Source: a virus
Reading direction: 5' to 3' (one strand)
DNA: 64,000 bases
Virus record (IMG/VR): IMGVR_UViG_3300027509_000012
In this document: positions 48,820 to 59,078 of the stretch, piece by piece
Numbering within the stretch: position 1 is the stretch's first letter
How the letters are laid out: the number at the start of each line of letters is the position of its first letter
The notes under the pieces: generated by a model
Databases searched by the model: none
Told to the model about the DNA's origin: nothing
Seen by the model: only the letters and a program-made list of their open reading frames with translations
Position numbers and translations under genes: made by a program

Positions 48820-50047
48820 TAATAAATTAAAAAAATTTCCATTCTCAAGTAAAGCATGTATTAAAGAAAAAACTGATATTTTCTTACATAATATGAAAAT
48901 TATTTATGGCGATGAATATGATTTCTCTGAATTTATATATAAAAATTCACATACCAAAGGAATATTCATATGTCCAATACATGGAGAACGAAGATCAACG
49001 CCAAGTTCTTTAATGCAGGGTGTTAAATGTAGAGCATGTACTGGTAATTGTCCAATCCATGCGAAAGAACAATTTTTTATAAAAATGAAGGAATTACATC
49101 CTTCATATGATTTTTCTAAATTTTCTTATAAAAATAATAATACAAAAAGTATTGTCATATGTCCAATACATGGTGATATTAAAATGTCAGCTAATAAATT
49201 ACTTATTGGTAGACGATGTGGTTATTGTTACGGAAATTTAAAAGAGAAAGGAAAAGAAAGATTTTTTAAAGAAGTAAGAACAATACATCCAAATTTAGAT
49301 TTTTCAAAATTTAAATATAATACAATGAAAACAAAGAGTGTTTATATTTGTGATATACATGGAGAAAGATCAGCTATAGCGGAAAGTTTAATTAATGGAC
49401 ATGGATGTTCTGTATGTGCTGGTTTATGCCCTGAACATTCTAAAAAACAATTCCAAAAATCAATGAATGAAATTCACCCTACTCTAGATTTTTCAAAATT
49501 TAAATATACCGGATCACATAAAAACGGGAAATATTATTGTACTAAGCATGGATTTAAATTTGCAACTCCCACGAATTTATTACAGGGAAAGGGATGTATT
49601 GATTGTAATACAATTGGACAAAAAGAAAAAAACGTTTTTAACTATATTAAATCAAATATACAAGATTGTATTATTTTTAGTAATAAAAAACCGCCATTTT
49701 TAAATGGTCTTGAGTATGATATTATAATAATATTACCAAATAATATTATTATTGGAATTGAATATGATGGACATCAACATTTTAAACCAGTCACATTTGG
49801 TGGTATTAGTCAAAGTAAAGCAGAATATAATTTAATATATCAAAGAAAGCGAGATATTATTAAAAATAAACTAAGTTTTGAACATGGGATTCATTTATTT
49901 AGAATTCACCATAAAGATTATGAAAAAAATCATTATGATCTATTAGACGAAATTATTTATGATGTAGAAAATTTAATCGGATATCCTGAATTTGGTGGTT
50001 CTCTTAGATACACAGAATCTTATAATAAATCAGACAAATATTATTAA
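48812..50047 (+). mobile_element. Putative homing endonuclease (4 Zn-binding repeats plus Vsr/DUF559-like nuclease)
   Basis: Four 'YDFS.F.Y....K....CPIHG...L..G..C..C' repeats; 'EYDII...IEYDGHQHF...RD..KN'. Confidence 0.8.
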
Positions 50048-50062
50048 ATAAAGTTATTCGAA

Positions 50063-50563
50063 TTATTGGGAAATCCACAATTTCCCAATGAACCAAGCAT
50101 CAGTCAGATCATATGCACCTTTTGTCTTCAAATAACCGGCATCTAAAAATTTTTGCCCTATTCCTTCTGGTAAAGCCTCAAACATATCTTTTTTAGTGAC
50201 TTTCTTTTTCTTACTACCACCATAGCCTGTTGCAAATTTTTTTACAGATGTTGGTGCCACTTTAGGAATTTCGTCAATACCATATTTCTCATACAATTTA
50301 ACTTCTAACGAAAACAACAAACCGCCTAATGTTCTAGTTGCATTTCCTATAGATCCATAACTTAATGCTTCACTTACGATTGAATCACAATTATAATCGT
50401 CAAATAATTTAATTATTCTATTTGTAATTATCGAAATTCGCTTGACATCAGAACCATCTTCTAATGAAGTTTTAATACATTCAAAATGCATTAATTCACC
50501 ATCTTTAAATATAACGACGCCAGAACAGGATATACTTTGATCTAAACTTAATGTAATTGCCAT
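50063..50563 (-). CDS. ruvC: RuvC-like Holliday junction resolvase
   Basis: SLDQSISCSG, VSE, 'PTSVKKFATG', 'DLTDA'. Confidence 0.85.
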   Translation of the reverse strand: MAITLSLDQSISCSGVVIFKDGELMHFECIKTSLEDGSDVKRISIITNRIIKLFDDYNCDSIVSEALSYGSIGNATRTLGGLLFSLEVKLYEKYGIDEIPKVAPTSVKKFATGYGGSKKKKVTKKDMFEALPEGIGQKFLDAGYLKTKGAYDLTDAWFIGKLWISQ

Positions 50564-50595
50564 ACATGTATTTAGACATATTAAAATACCCCAAT

Positions 50596-51009
50596 CTAAT
50601 ACATCTGTAGTTCGTCTGTAAGCCCTACAAGGACTTCAGGCCATACTGGACCGATACCTATACATGTAGTGGTTGGTTCGCTGAAAACCGTTCTACCGTG
50701 ATCTGTGATCAATTTATGTGGTAATTCAAAGTTAAGACAAAGCTGTTCTAGTTCAAGTAGTTCTTCTAATCCATCAACACGTAAAATTACTTTGGCAAAT
50801 GCATTTTCAATCCATGAAGCTTTAGCATCTGTTAATTTAATTTCCATGCGTATTTCATTTGTGTTATTAAAACGAACGAGTTCAAAATCGCCATGAAAAG
50901 CTGCCATTGATGCATGAGCTACTTGAACTGAAAGTTTGCCATGACGAAGTTTACTACGTAAGTCATTACGCACAACTATAATTTGCTTTGCTTCTCTATC
51001 TGGTTTCAT
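50596..51009 (-). CDS. pth2: Peptidyl-tRNA hydrolase, Pth2 type
   Basis: KQIIVVRNDL, GKLSVQVAHAS, KVILRV, ITDHGRT, TCIGIGP. Confidence 0.92.
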   Translation of the reverse strand: MKPDREAKQIIVVRNDLRSKLRHGKLSVQVAHASMAAFHGDFELVRFNNTNEIRMEIKLTDAKASWIENAFAKVILRVDGLEELLELEQLCLNFELPHKLITDHGRTVFSEPTTTCIGIGPVWPEVLVGLTDELQMY

Positions 51010-51010
51010 T

Positions 51011-51280
51011 TTATATGTTATCTAATTCGTTAATTGTAGCTGTAATATTAGTGATTGTATTATTAAACAAACCTATATGTTGCTGTTGTGGGTAATCTGG
51101 TCCCACATCTTCATCTAATTCTACCACAATATAATTTAGTTCTGGTTGTTTTACATAAACACCAGTACGTGTTTTATTTGTATTAGATATAACCAATATA
51201 TCACCAGCTTTAAAATCTACTGTTGGTTTGAATTCCATTTTTAATTCCTTAACTAATTTGTGTAATTCTTCGGATTTCAT
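51011..51280 (-). CDS. Hypothetical protein
   Basis: Tightly packed co-oriented ORF. Confidence 0.55.
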   Translation of the reverse strand: MKSEELHKLVKELKMEFKPTVDFKAGDILVISNTNKTRTGVYVKQPELNYIVVELDEDVGPDYPQQQHIGLFNNTITNITATINELDNI

Positions 51281-51287
51281 TTCTTAA

Positions 51288-51653
51288 TTAAACTGCGTAA
51301 ATTGAAGTATTGTATGTCTGTATCGATTTAATTAATGCCTTATCGAGATTTGTTTTACCTGCTGTATGCCAATGAACTGATTTTTTTGGGTTATAAAATA
51401 ACCTGACACCACCTTCAACTGGTTCTGGTATTTTTATTAATTTTAATTTTTCACATTGAATCCAAGCACAAACAGTTTTATTTGATCCATTAAATATTTT
51501 CGTAGCTGTTTTTTCTTGATTATGTAATGTGCAATTTGTTAATGACAAACCAACCGATGCTGGATCGAAATATCTAACACCACCATTTAATGACTTGACC
51601 TGCCATTTCATATAATTTGGGCCTTGTGCTAAATGAAATCTAACCTTGTACAT
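51288..51653 (-). CDS. Hypothetical protein
   Basis: GGAAG SD; promoter TTGATT-17-TATAGT at 51714-51686. Confidence 0.65.
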   Translation of the reverse strand: MYKVRFHLAQGPNYMKWQVKSLNGGVRYFDPASVGLSLTNCTLHNQEKTATKIFNGSNKTVCAWIQCEKLKLIKIPEPVEGGVRLFYNPKKSVHWHTAGKTNLDKALIKSIQTYNTSIYAV

Positions 51654-51719
51654 TTATCTTCCAAAAATTTATGAATTAATGCTTGACTATACAGTGTTAA
51701 TTGGGCAAAATCAAGTAGA

Positions 51720-51965
51720 AACCGATTACGCCCCCGCGAGGGTATATAGGACAATGGCACCGTTGGTGCGATTTTTCACGCGATTTCCGAGCAGCAAGTG
51801 CTCTCAATCACGATAAAAAATCCGTTATTTGGTGTTATTTAAAGTAATATAAGACAATTTATTTTTTTAGTTGAAAAGAAATTTCTATGACGATAGAAAT
51901 AGTATTACCCTCTTTTCGATCTAGATAAAAACTAAAATTATCTTAAATAATAATAAACAATATAT
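51720..51965. ncRNA. Candidate structured non-coding RNA or origin-like element
   Basis: No ORF; hairpins at 51733-51742, 51757-51769, 51770-51822 and 51850-51945; flanked by sigma70-like promoters. Confidence 0.45.
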
Positions 51966-51971
51966 TTCTTG

Positions 51972-51999
51972 ATTTTATCATGGAATTTTTCATTGTCAA
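51972..51999 (-). promoter_or_regulatory. Sigma70-type promoter firing into the structured element
   Basis: TTGACA-16-TAAAAT with TGn extension. Confidence 0.6.
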
Positions 52000-52085
52000 T
52001 ACCCAGTTCACACTTTTTTCAAAATAAATTTGAAATAGATATTAATGTGTTGTGTTACCCATACTGAATAGCTATACTCTCCAAC

Positions 52086-53705
52086 ATGAAATTACACAAA
52101 GATATAGCGCCCTTTTGGGTTGGTGGGGATTCAATGCCACCACGTAAGTCTCAAGTAGAAGCAATGAACTGGATGGTCGAACATAAAAAGGCCAAATACT
52201 TAATTTTAGAAATGCCTGTAGGTAGTGGTAAAAGTCTTTTAGGTATGACATTCTCTCGATACCGAGGTAATAGTTCATTCGCATTAACTCCACAAATCAT
52301 TTTACAAAAACAATATGAGAATGATTTTGAAACAGATAAAACATTAAAGTTAAGTTCGTTCTATGGTAAATCCAATTACCAGTGTTATGAAAAAGGTGTT
52401 AGCTGTGCTGCTGGTAGTTTAATTAAACCGCGCTGTCAGTCGTGTCCATATCTTGATGCACGTAAGTTTGCTCAAAATGCAAACAACACAGTAATGAACT
52501 ATACATTGGGATTAAGCGTGTGGTCTTATACCAACATGTACAAATCAGAAGATGGCTCACCTAAAACCAGAAATTTAACAATACTCGACGAAGCTCATAA
52601 GGTAGAACATCATTTAGTACAGTTCGATACTGTTATCATCAATGAGAATTGGTGTTTGGAAAATAATATATCAATTCCTAAATCAACTGAAATGTCCGAC
52701 ATTATTGAGTTTATTAGAGACAAATACAATGAAGCATTGATTAATGCATATGAGCAGATAAATGCAGAGTTGGAATTCATTAAAGAAACAAAGAATACCA
52801 GAGGCGCTTCTTCTAAGGAAATGAAGAAAACCAAAGAGTTGAATTTTCTTGAATCACAAATAACCGTATGTCATGGCATATTAAAGCTTGATGTTGAAGA
52901 TGTAGAGAAAGATTATGTTTTAATCACATCACCACAAGGCATAGAATTAAAACGTTTATACGGTAAGCGCTCATTCAAAACAATCATGGATCCAATGTCA
53001 AAGCAGATGTTATTCATGTCATCTACTATTTTGAATAAAGATGATTTTTGTCGCGATCTTGGTATTAATCCAAAAGAAGCAGAGTTCCTATCACTTGAAT
53101 CTGAATTTGATGCAGAGAACCGTCCTGTTCTTTATATGCCACGTATGAAGATGAATTATGGTTGGAACAAACCAGAAAATGCTGCTGATCGTAAAGAGAT
53201 GCTTGCAACTATTAAAAAGATCTGTGATATGAATGAAGGTGAAAGTGGTGTTATTCATTCAGGTAATTTTGCAGTAGCTGAATGGTTGTGTGAAGAATTA
53301 AACATTGGTGGTACTCATGAAATCATTCAACACAATCCATCTTCGAAGATTAAACGAAATGATGCTATTCAAGATTTTATCGAAACATCAACACCATCTG
53401 TTTTAATATCACCATCGAGTACGGAAGGTTTGGATTTAAAAGATGATTTAGCACGATTTGCTATATTCGTTAAAGTACCGTTTGGGAACATGGGTGATGC
53501 ATGGATTAAGAAACGTATGCAGATATCTAGTGAGTGGTATCAACGTCAAGCTATGATAGAAGTTATTCAAGGTGGTGGTCGTATTGTAAGAACGCCAGAT
53601 GATTGGGGAACTACATTTATATTAGATGGTTCGTTCGGATATCTATACCAACAGAACAAACATAAAGTACCTAAGTGGTGGAAGTCTGCATATCAACAGA
53701 TTTAA
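52086..53705 (+). CDS. DinG/XPD-like SF2 helicase
   Basis: PVGSGKS, Cys cluster (YQC...SC...CQSCPY), DEAH, SST, EGLD, KVPF, QGGGRIVR. Confidence 0.88.
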   Translation: MKLHKDIAPFWVGGDSMPPRKSQVEAMNWMVEHKKAKYLILEMPVGSGKSLLGMTFSRYRGNSSFALTPQIILQKQYENDFETDKTLKLSSFYGKSNYQCYEKGVSCAAGSLIKPRCQSCPYLDARKFAQNANNTVMNYTLGLSVWSYTNMYKSEDGSPKTRNLTILDEAHKVEHHLVQFDTVIINENWCLENNISIPKSTEMSDIIEFIRDKYNEALINAYEQINAELEFIKETKNTRGASSKEMKKTKELNFLESQITVCHGILKLDVEDVEKDYVLITSPQGIELKRLYGKRSFKTIMDPMSKQMLFMSSTILNKDDFCRDLGINPKEAEFLSLESEFDAENRPVLYMPRMKMNYGWNKPENAADRKEMLATIKKICDMNEGESGVIHSGNFAVAEWLCEELNIGGTHEIIQHNPSSKIKRNDAIQDFIETSTPSVLISPSSTEGLDLKDDLARFAIFVKVPFGNMGDAWIKKRMQISSEWYQRQAMIEVIQGGGRIVRTPDDWGTTFILDGSFGYLYQQNKHKVPKWWKSAYQQI

Positions 53706-53887
53706 TAAACTGGGTTCATTGATCCTTTTTGAGATTCTAAACGTTTTTTGATTTGGTCAATTAACATGTCTCGTTCACCCGCAGTCAAATCCTTAGCATC
53801 TTGGTATTGTATTCCTCCACGCATATACCAAGAAATGTGAGCGATTGTTTCTGTTAAATTCCTAGCCTGTGAAGATAACTTTGCCAT
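53702..53887 (-). CDS. gp51-like short ORF, probably a -1 frameshift extension of the upstream gene
   Basis: 'ISWYMRGGIQY..A..L...ER'; frame stays open upstream across the prior stop; no clear SD. Confidence 0.6.
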   Translation of the reverse strand: MAKLSSQARNLTETIAHISWYMRGGIQYQDAKDLTAGERDMLIDQIKKRLESQKGSMNPVY

Positions 53888-53925
53888 AAAGCGTCTTATA
53901 TCTTCGGGTTCGCCCGATCTTAGTA

Positions 53926-54837
53926 CTAGGAAAATAGCACTAAAGGGCTGGTGGGTAATTCCACCTCCATAGTTTCCTTACACGTTCTACACTTGACCTT
54001 AACAGTAGTATTCACACCCCAATTAGCAACTTCTTCTATTTTATCGTTGATAGATCTTATTTGAGCTGATGTTACAATTTCCAACCATTCGCGAATCATT
54101 TTAGTATCAGAAATTTCATCAACCGCTGCGATAACACCAGCTAATTGATCTAGGATTAAATTTTTCTGTTGTTCTTCATCAACATCTTCTCTAGCAGCAT
54201 GTGCCTGTGCTTGCATTAAGTTGACATACACCCCAAAGCGAAGTGGTTCAAATTTAACAATCTGACCTGAATCTAATTCAAGTGTATAGATTTTAGCCAT
54301 CTTAGTAACATTTAATGATTTAGTTACTGATATTACTTTATCCAGATTTGCTTCATATGTCTGTTCGGTAGGTTCTTGATCATCTTCCAATCCCCCACAC
54401 TCATAATGAGTGCGAGTAAATTCAAACTTAGGACCATATGATATTTTTCTCATACACAATAAAATGAAATCCACGTCTTGGGCTAATAGCATTTCTGGTT
54501 TTAATACTGATGGAACACATCGTTTAATAGCTTTAACAATTCCTTCACCAGAATATAGTAATGCTGGACTCGAAATATTAATTTCATCCATCGTAGTCAG
54601 TGGGTGAATATGAACTTCTCCATTTTCAACACTAGAATCTAGTTCACCATCATTATAGAAAACACCACCAGATGGAAGTCTATGATCCTCACCGGGCATT
54701 TGCGCTCGTTCTAGTAACGGGTTAGATGGCGTTGGTGGCAACGGCTTACTGTCTACTTTTTTAGTTTCTATTGACTCAGTATTCTCTGTCGCCACTGGCG
54801 GTAATTCTGTTGTATCGACTGTTTTTTTATCTGACAT
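53926..54837 (-). CDS. gp26-like baseplate hub/tail assembly chaperone
   Basis: 'LPSGG.FY', 'PLTTMDEI', 'DVDFILLCMRKISYG', C-terminal CxxC; TATAAATA upstream. Confidence 0.75.
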   Translation of the reverse strand: MSDKKTVDTTELPPVATENTESIETKKVDSKPLPPTPSNPLLERAQMPGEDHRLPSGGVFYNDGELDSSVENGEVHIHPLTTMDEINISSPALLYSGEGIVKAIKRCVPSVLKPEMLLAQDVDFILLCMRKISYGPKFEFTRTHYECGGLEDDQEPTEQTYEANLDKVISVTKSLNVTKMAKIYTLELDSGQIVKFEPLRFGVYVNLMQAQAHAAREDVDEEQQKNLILDQLAGVIAAVDEISDTKMIREWLEIVTSAQIRSINDKIEEVANWGVNTTVKVKCRTCKETMEVELPTSPLVLFS

Positions 54838-54909
54838 TTTTAAAAATCTCTAATCACCTAAATAAGAATGTATTTATATAGTATATATCATTAATTTAAG
54901 AGCACGTAA

Positions 54910-57348
54910 ATGGCAGCATCAGATCAGCAAATATTTGACGAATTGGTTAAATTAAACCGTACAATGGCTAAAGTCGGTAAATTTATCGATAATTCCGATG
55001 GTGAGAATGCATTGGATGGTATTGCCGAAGGTTTCTCTACAATTACTGACCGAATTGATAAAAAGGGCAGTAAATTAACAAGAGAGATGAATGCCAGCAC
55101 CAGAAATATTGGTGATATGCAAAAGAAATTAAATATCAGTCACGCCGATGCCATTCGAGTTTATGACCAAAATAGAGAAAAATTCCTAAAGACTGGACAA
55201 GTTACTGATGCCATGCGAGCTGATATGGCAGCACTAGGCATGGAAAATGTCAGCTTAACCAGAGACACCCGCGATTTTAGCAAAGAATTAAAAAATTATC
55301 ATACTGAAATGCGAGACTTTGCTAGCTCATATGATGATGCTGCTGATAAAATGCGCCATTCAGATACTAAAACAACAGAGTCTAGAGCAAAAAATAGTCG
55401 CGTAGTAGAGAAAGTATTTACAGCATTAGCTATCGCTGGTAAAGAAGCTTTGGATGTTACAAAAGCATCGATGCAAGCTGGTGTTAAAATAACAGCAAAT
55501 GAAATATACCAATCTAGATTGATGGGAATGAGTCATTTAGAATTAATTGGAACTCAGAAAGAATTTAAACAATCAATTAGTGCATCTGGTATGACTACCA
55601 ACGAATTCACTAAAATGATGTTGGAATCATCAAATGAATTAATGTTATCCACTGGTAGTTTAAAAGATGGTGCAGTATTTGCAGCTAATGCAATGAAACA
55701 ATTTAGAATGCTTGGTGGTGGTACTGAAGAAGAACAATCCGAATATGCAGCAAGAGCATCGCAGGCATTTAACAAATTAAATTCAATTACAGGATCTACG
55801 TTAGAAAATTTCACAAAATTAAATGATGATTTAATTAACAATTCTGATATCCAACAAAAAATGTTTAAGATGGATAAAAAGCGTCGAGCAGGTTATATGC
55901 TCGAATTGATGGATCAAAGAAATCGTTTAGCTAAGATGGGAATGTTTGAAGAACAAGCGCAAGAAGTAATAAAATCTATAGCTGAGATGACATCGAAGGA
56001 TGGAAAAAGCAGACTTCAAGATGCTGCAAAAATGGAAGCAGCACTAGGCGCAATGGGAATGGGCCAAGAAGGTAAAATAGCAGCCGATATTTTAAGAAAA
56101 GGCGCAAGAGCTTCAAAAGAAGAACAAGCACAACTTGCTTTAATAATGACTAAAGCAGCTAAAGAATCAGCCAAACGACAACAAGGATCATTAGGTCAAG
56201 AAATTGCACAAGATCAATTGTTAGATAAAACTGGAATGGACAAATATTTTGGTCCTAATAGTGCAGCAGCCAAAGCGGTAACAATGGCAGGCAACGCATT
56301 AGACGATAGAACAGATCCAACCGCTGATGCAACATGGCAAAGTGAATTACTTGCATCGATTATGAAATTTAATGAACGATTAAGTACATTACTTGGTGAT
56401 GGTTGGATGTTAAAATTTGCAGGAACTCTAGCTACTGGTTTAGCAGCAAGATCTGCTTTTGGTAAACTTGGTACTGCTGGCGGTATGGGAGCTGCTGGAG
56501 CAAGAGCTGGTGGTGGTAAAGGTAGTTTATTAAAAAGATCATGGGGTACAGTAGCAAAGAATGTTGGTAAATTAGCTGGAATTGTAGCACTTGTGTCTGG
56601 AAAATTTACAGCAATAATAGCTGGTATCGGAGGCGCTTTATCAACAATAGCTGGTGCAATAGCATCATCGGCTGTATTGGTTGGTTCTATTGCTGGTGTG
56701 GTTGCTGGAATAACTGGATGGTTAGCAGGATCGGCACTAAACGATTACATAAATGAGCATATGCCTGAAGTCGGAAAAACGATTGGTGGCACAGTTAATG
56801 AAATGGTGGAATCTCTTGACGATGGAACTGTTCTTAGTGATGCTGCCAAATATCATGGTAAATGGATGGGTGATCTTAAAGACAATGTTTTAGGATTTTT
56901 AGGCGGCGGTAAGGATGAAACTAATGAAGACAAAAAAGCATTAAAAGCAGCAACAGATGCAGTCAATGCAAATCAAGATACAACTAGTGCTGTAGAAACT
57001 TTAACAAAAGAACAAAAGCAAATTAAAGAAGCTGGAACTCTTGGAGATGAACTAGCACAAGCAGCTCTATTATCACAAGTAAAAGATCCAGAGGCAGTAT
57101 TTGATCAAAATGCTACATTAAAAACAGATGAAAGCGAAGTAAGATCAAGAACTGAAGCTGAAGAAACAGCACAAGATACACGGGTGCGACAATTAGAAGC
57201 AATATGGGATGTGGCCTTTTTACTTGAAAGATTAAATCGAACAACTGAAAATCATTTCAGAAATCAAGAAGCAATGGGTAGTAGCTTTAAAGATACTGCT
57301 GGATATGATCCATATAGATCTGGTGGTGGCACCAGCGTTTATTCGTAA
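54910..57348 (+). CDS. Tape-measure-like protein
   Basis: 812-aa A/M/Q/K-rich helical protein with a Gly/Ala hydrophobic segment; next to the chaperone pair. Confidence 0.65.
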   Translation: MAASDQQIFDELVKLNRTMAKVGKFIDNSDGENALDGIAEGFSTITDRIDKKGSKLTREMNASTRNIGDMQKKLNISHADAIRVYDQNREKFLKTGQVTDAMRADMAALGMENVSLTRDTRDFSKELKNYHTEMRDFASSYDDAADKMRHSDTKTTESRAKNSRVVEKVFTALAIAGKEALDVTKASMQAGVKITANEIYQSRLMGMSHLELIGTQKEFKQSISASGMTTNEFTKMMLESSNELMLSTGSLKDGAVFAANAMKQFRMLGGGTEEEQSEYAARASQAFNKLNSITGSTLENFTKLNDDLINNSDIQQKMFKMDKKRRAGYMLELMDQRNRLAKMGMFEEQAQEVIKSIAEMTSKDGKSRLQDAAKMEAALGAMGMGQEGKIAADILRKGARASKEEQAQLALIMTKAAKESAKRQQGSLGQEIAQDQLLDKTGMDKYFGPNSAAAKAVTMAGNALDDRTDPTADATWQSELLASIMKFNERLSTLLGDGWMLKFAGTLATGLAARSAFGKLGTAGGMGAAGARAGGGKGSLLKRSWGTVAKNVGKLAGIVALVSGKFTAIIAGIGGALSTIAGAIASSAVLVGSIAGVVAGITGWLAGSALNDYINEHMPEVGKTIGGTVNEMVESLDDGTVLSDAAKYHGKWMGDLKDNVLGFLGGGKDETNEDKKALKAATDAVNANQDTTSAVETLTKEQKQIKEAGTLGDELAQAALLSQVKDPEAVFDQNATLKTDESEVRSRTEAEETAQDTRVRQLEAIWDVAFLLERLNRTTENHFRNQEAMGSSFKDTAGYDPYRSGGGTSVYS

Positions 57349-57365
57349 CATATAATTATTTTCGC

Positions 57366-57373
57366 TATAAATA
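57366..57373 (+). promoter_or_regulatory. T4-type late promoter TATAAATA (copies at 59414-59421 +, 60535-60542 +, 54871-54878 -, 6393-6400 -)
   Basis: Exact T4 late consensus upstream of the portal, protease, scaffold and chaperone genes; gp55 is encoded in the window. Confidence 0.75.
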
Positions 57374-57396
57374 GCTTATTATAGGAATAAAATTTA

Positions 57397-59025
57397 ATGG
57401 CGAAATTTACATCATTTTATAAAATTGTCCAGCCTAAGACTCAAGGCGAATCAATAATTAATAATAATCAAGATCTAGTCGGCGCTGGATCTTATTCTAA
57501 TAATGCTTGGTATCAATCGACAATTAAAGGATTAACATCTAGAATGGTGCAATATCAGCAATATTCGTCAATGGATGCTGATGTTGAAGTTTCTCGTGCA
57601 TTAAATACTATCGCCGAAGAAATGACTGGAAACGATCCTAAAACCAACACACCAATTAATTTAGAACTATTAACGACTGATAAAACAAAATACGACAGTA
57701 CTGAAGTATTAACATTAAAAGCTGCATTGTCTCGATGGAATGATATTCATGATTGGGAAAGTAAATTATTCGCAGTTTGTCGTAATACCGTTAAATTTGG
57801 TGATGTATTTTTTCGCAAGCACAAAGATAAATTTGATCGAAAGTGGGAATACATCGATTCTAAAAATGTAGTAGCTGCTGCCGTTAATCCAGATGATGTA
57901 ACAAAAGTAATTGCATGGCAAGTTAGATCACAAATTAAAAAACCTAAAACTGCATTATCACCGATTCAAAAAGATGTATCTGGAAGTGATGATTTTAATA
58001 CTGTGTGGGTTCCAGCATCAGAAATTGTTCAAATTACTTTAAATGATGAAATGTCTGAAGCAGCACCATTTGGTATTTCTATACTAGCACCAGTATATAA
58101 AGCTTATAAACAAAAAGAATTAATGGAAGATGCTACGATAATCTATCGCGTACAACGCGCACCAGAACGTCGAGTATTTTATGTTGATGTTGGTAATGTT
58201 CCAGCACAGCGAGCAAAAGCTCAAATCGAACAATATAAAAACGATATCAAGCAAAAGAAGATTCCATCATTTAATGGTGGTAAGCAAACAGTTGATAGTG
58301 TTTACAATCCACAAAGTATGAATGAAGATTTTTTCGTAGCTGTTAGACCAGAAGGACGTGGTTCTAGAATCGAATCATTGCCCGGTGGAACTGGTGGTGG
58401 TGATACTGACGAACTAGAATATTTCCAACGTCGATTGTGGGAAGGTCTTAATATTCCTACTTCTTATATGATGACAGGCGATGATTCTGGAGCATCTTTT
58501 AATGATGGCAAGGTTGGTGTTGCTTATATACAAGAATTACGCTTTGCACAATTTATCGGTAGATTACAACGAAATATCGAAAATGAGTTAGATAAAGAAT
58601 TTAAAATATGGTTAAAGAAAGCGGGAATTTATGTAGATCCATTATTATATAGATTGCGTTTACCATCACCATCTAACTTCGGTAAGTATCGTCAGCAAGA
58701 AATGGATGGTAATTTATTGGGTCAATATGGAACAGCAGATGGTATCGAATATATGTCAAAGCGATTTGCCATGAAACGATACTTACAATTAACTGATGAA
58801 GAAATTGTTATGAATGATCGCATGAAGCGAGAAGAATTAGGAATTCCTTTGGATGATAATAGTCCTGAAATGCTAAAACAGATCTACAGTGGTATGCCAG
58901 CAGAAGAAGGTATGGACGGTGGCTTTGGTGGCGAATCATTAGATACCACTTCAGAAACTGAAGATTTGCCAGATGATGACGGTGGAGATGCTGAAGGTGA
59001 AAGTGAATCACCAGATTCGCCATAA
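57397..59025 (+). CDS. gp20: Portal protein
   Basis: 'LMEDATIIYRVQRAPERRVFYVDVGN', 'EDFF', 'I.SLPGG', 'ELRFAQFI.RLQ'. Confidence 0.95.
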   Translation: MAKFTSFYKIVQPKTQGESIINNNQDLVGAGSYSNNAWYQSTIKGLTSRMVQYQQYSSMDADVEVSRALNTIAEEMTGNDPKTNTPINLELLTTDKTKYDSTEVLTLKAALSRWNDIHDWESKLFAVCRNTVKFGDVFFRKHKDKFDRKWEYIDSKNVVAAAVNPDDVTKVIAWQVRSQIKKPKTALSPIQKDVSGSDDFNTVWVPASEIVQITLNDEMSEAAPFGISILAPVYKAYKQKELMEDATIIYRVQRAPERRVFYVDVGNVPAQRAKAQIEQYKNDIKQKKIPSFNGGKQTVDSVYNPQSMNEDFFVAVRPEGRGSRIESLPGGTGGGDTDELEYFQRRLWEGLNIPTSYMMTGDDSGASFNDGKVGVAYIQELRFAQFIGRLQRNIENELDKEFKIWLKKAGIYVDPLLYRLRLPSPSNFGKYRQQEMDGNLLGQYGTADGIEYMSKRFAMKRYLQLTDEEIVMNDRMKREELGIPLDDNSPEMLKQIYSGMPAEEGMDGGFGGESLDTTSETEDLPDDDGGDAEGESESPDSP

Positions 59026-59078
59026 AAATTAACTCATAAATAAACCTATATATTAAGTTATTTTAGGAGATACTGATA

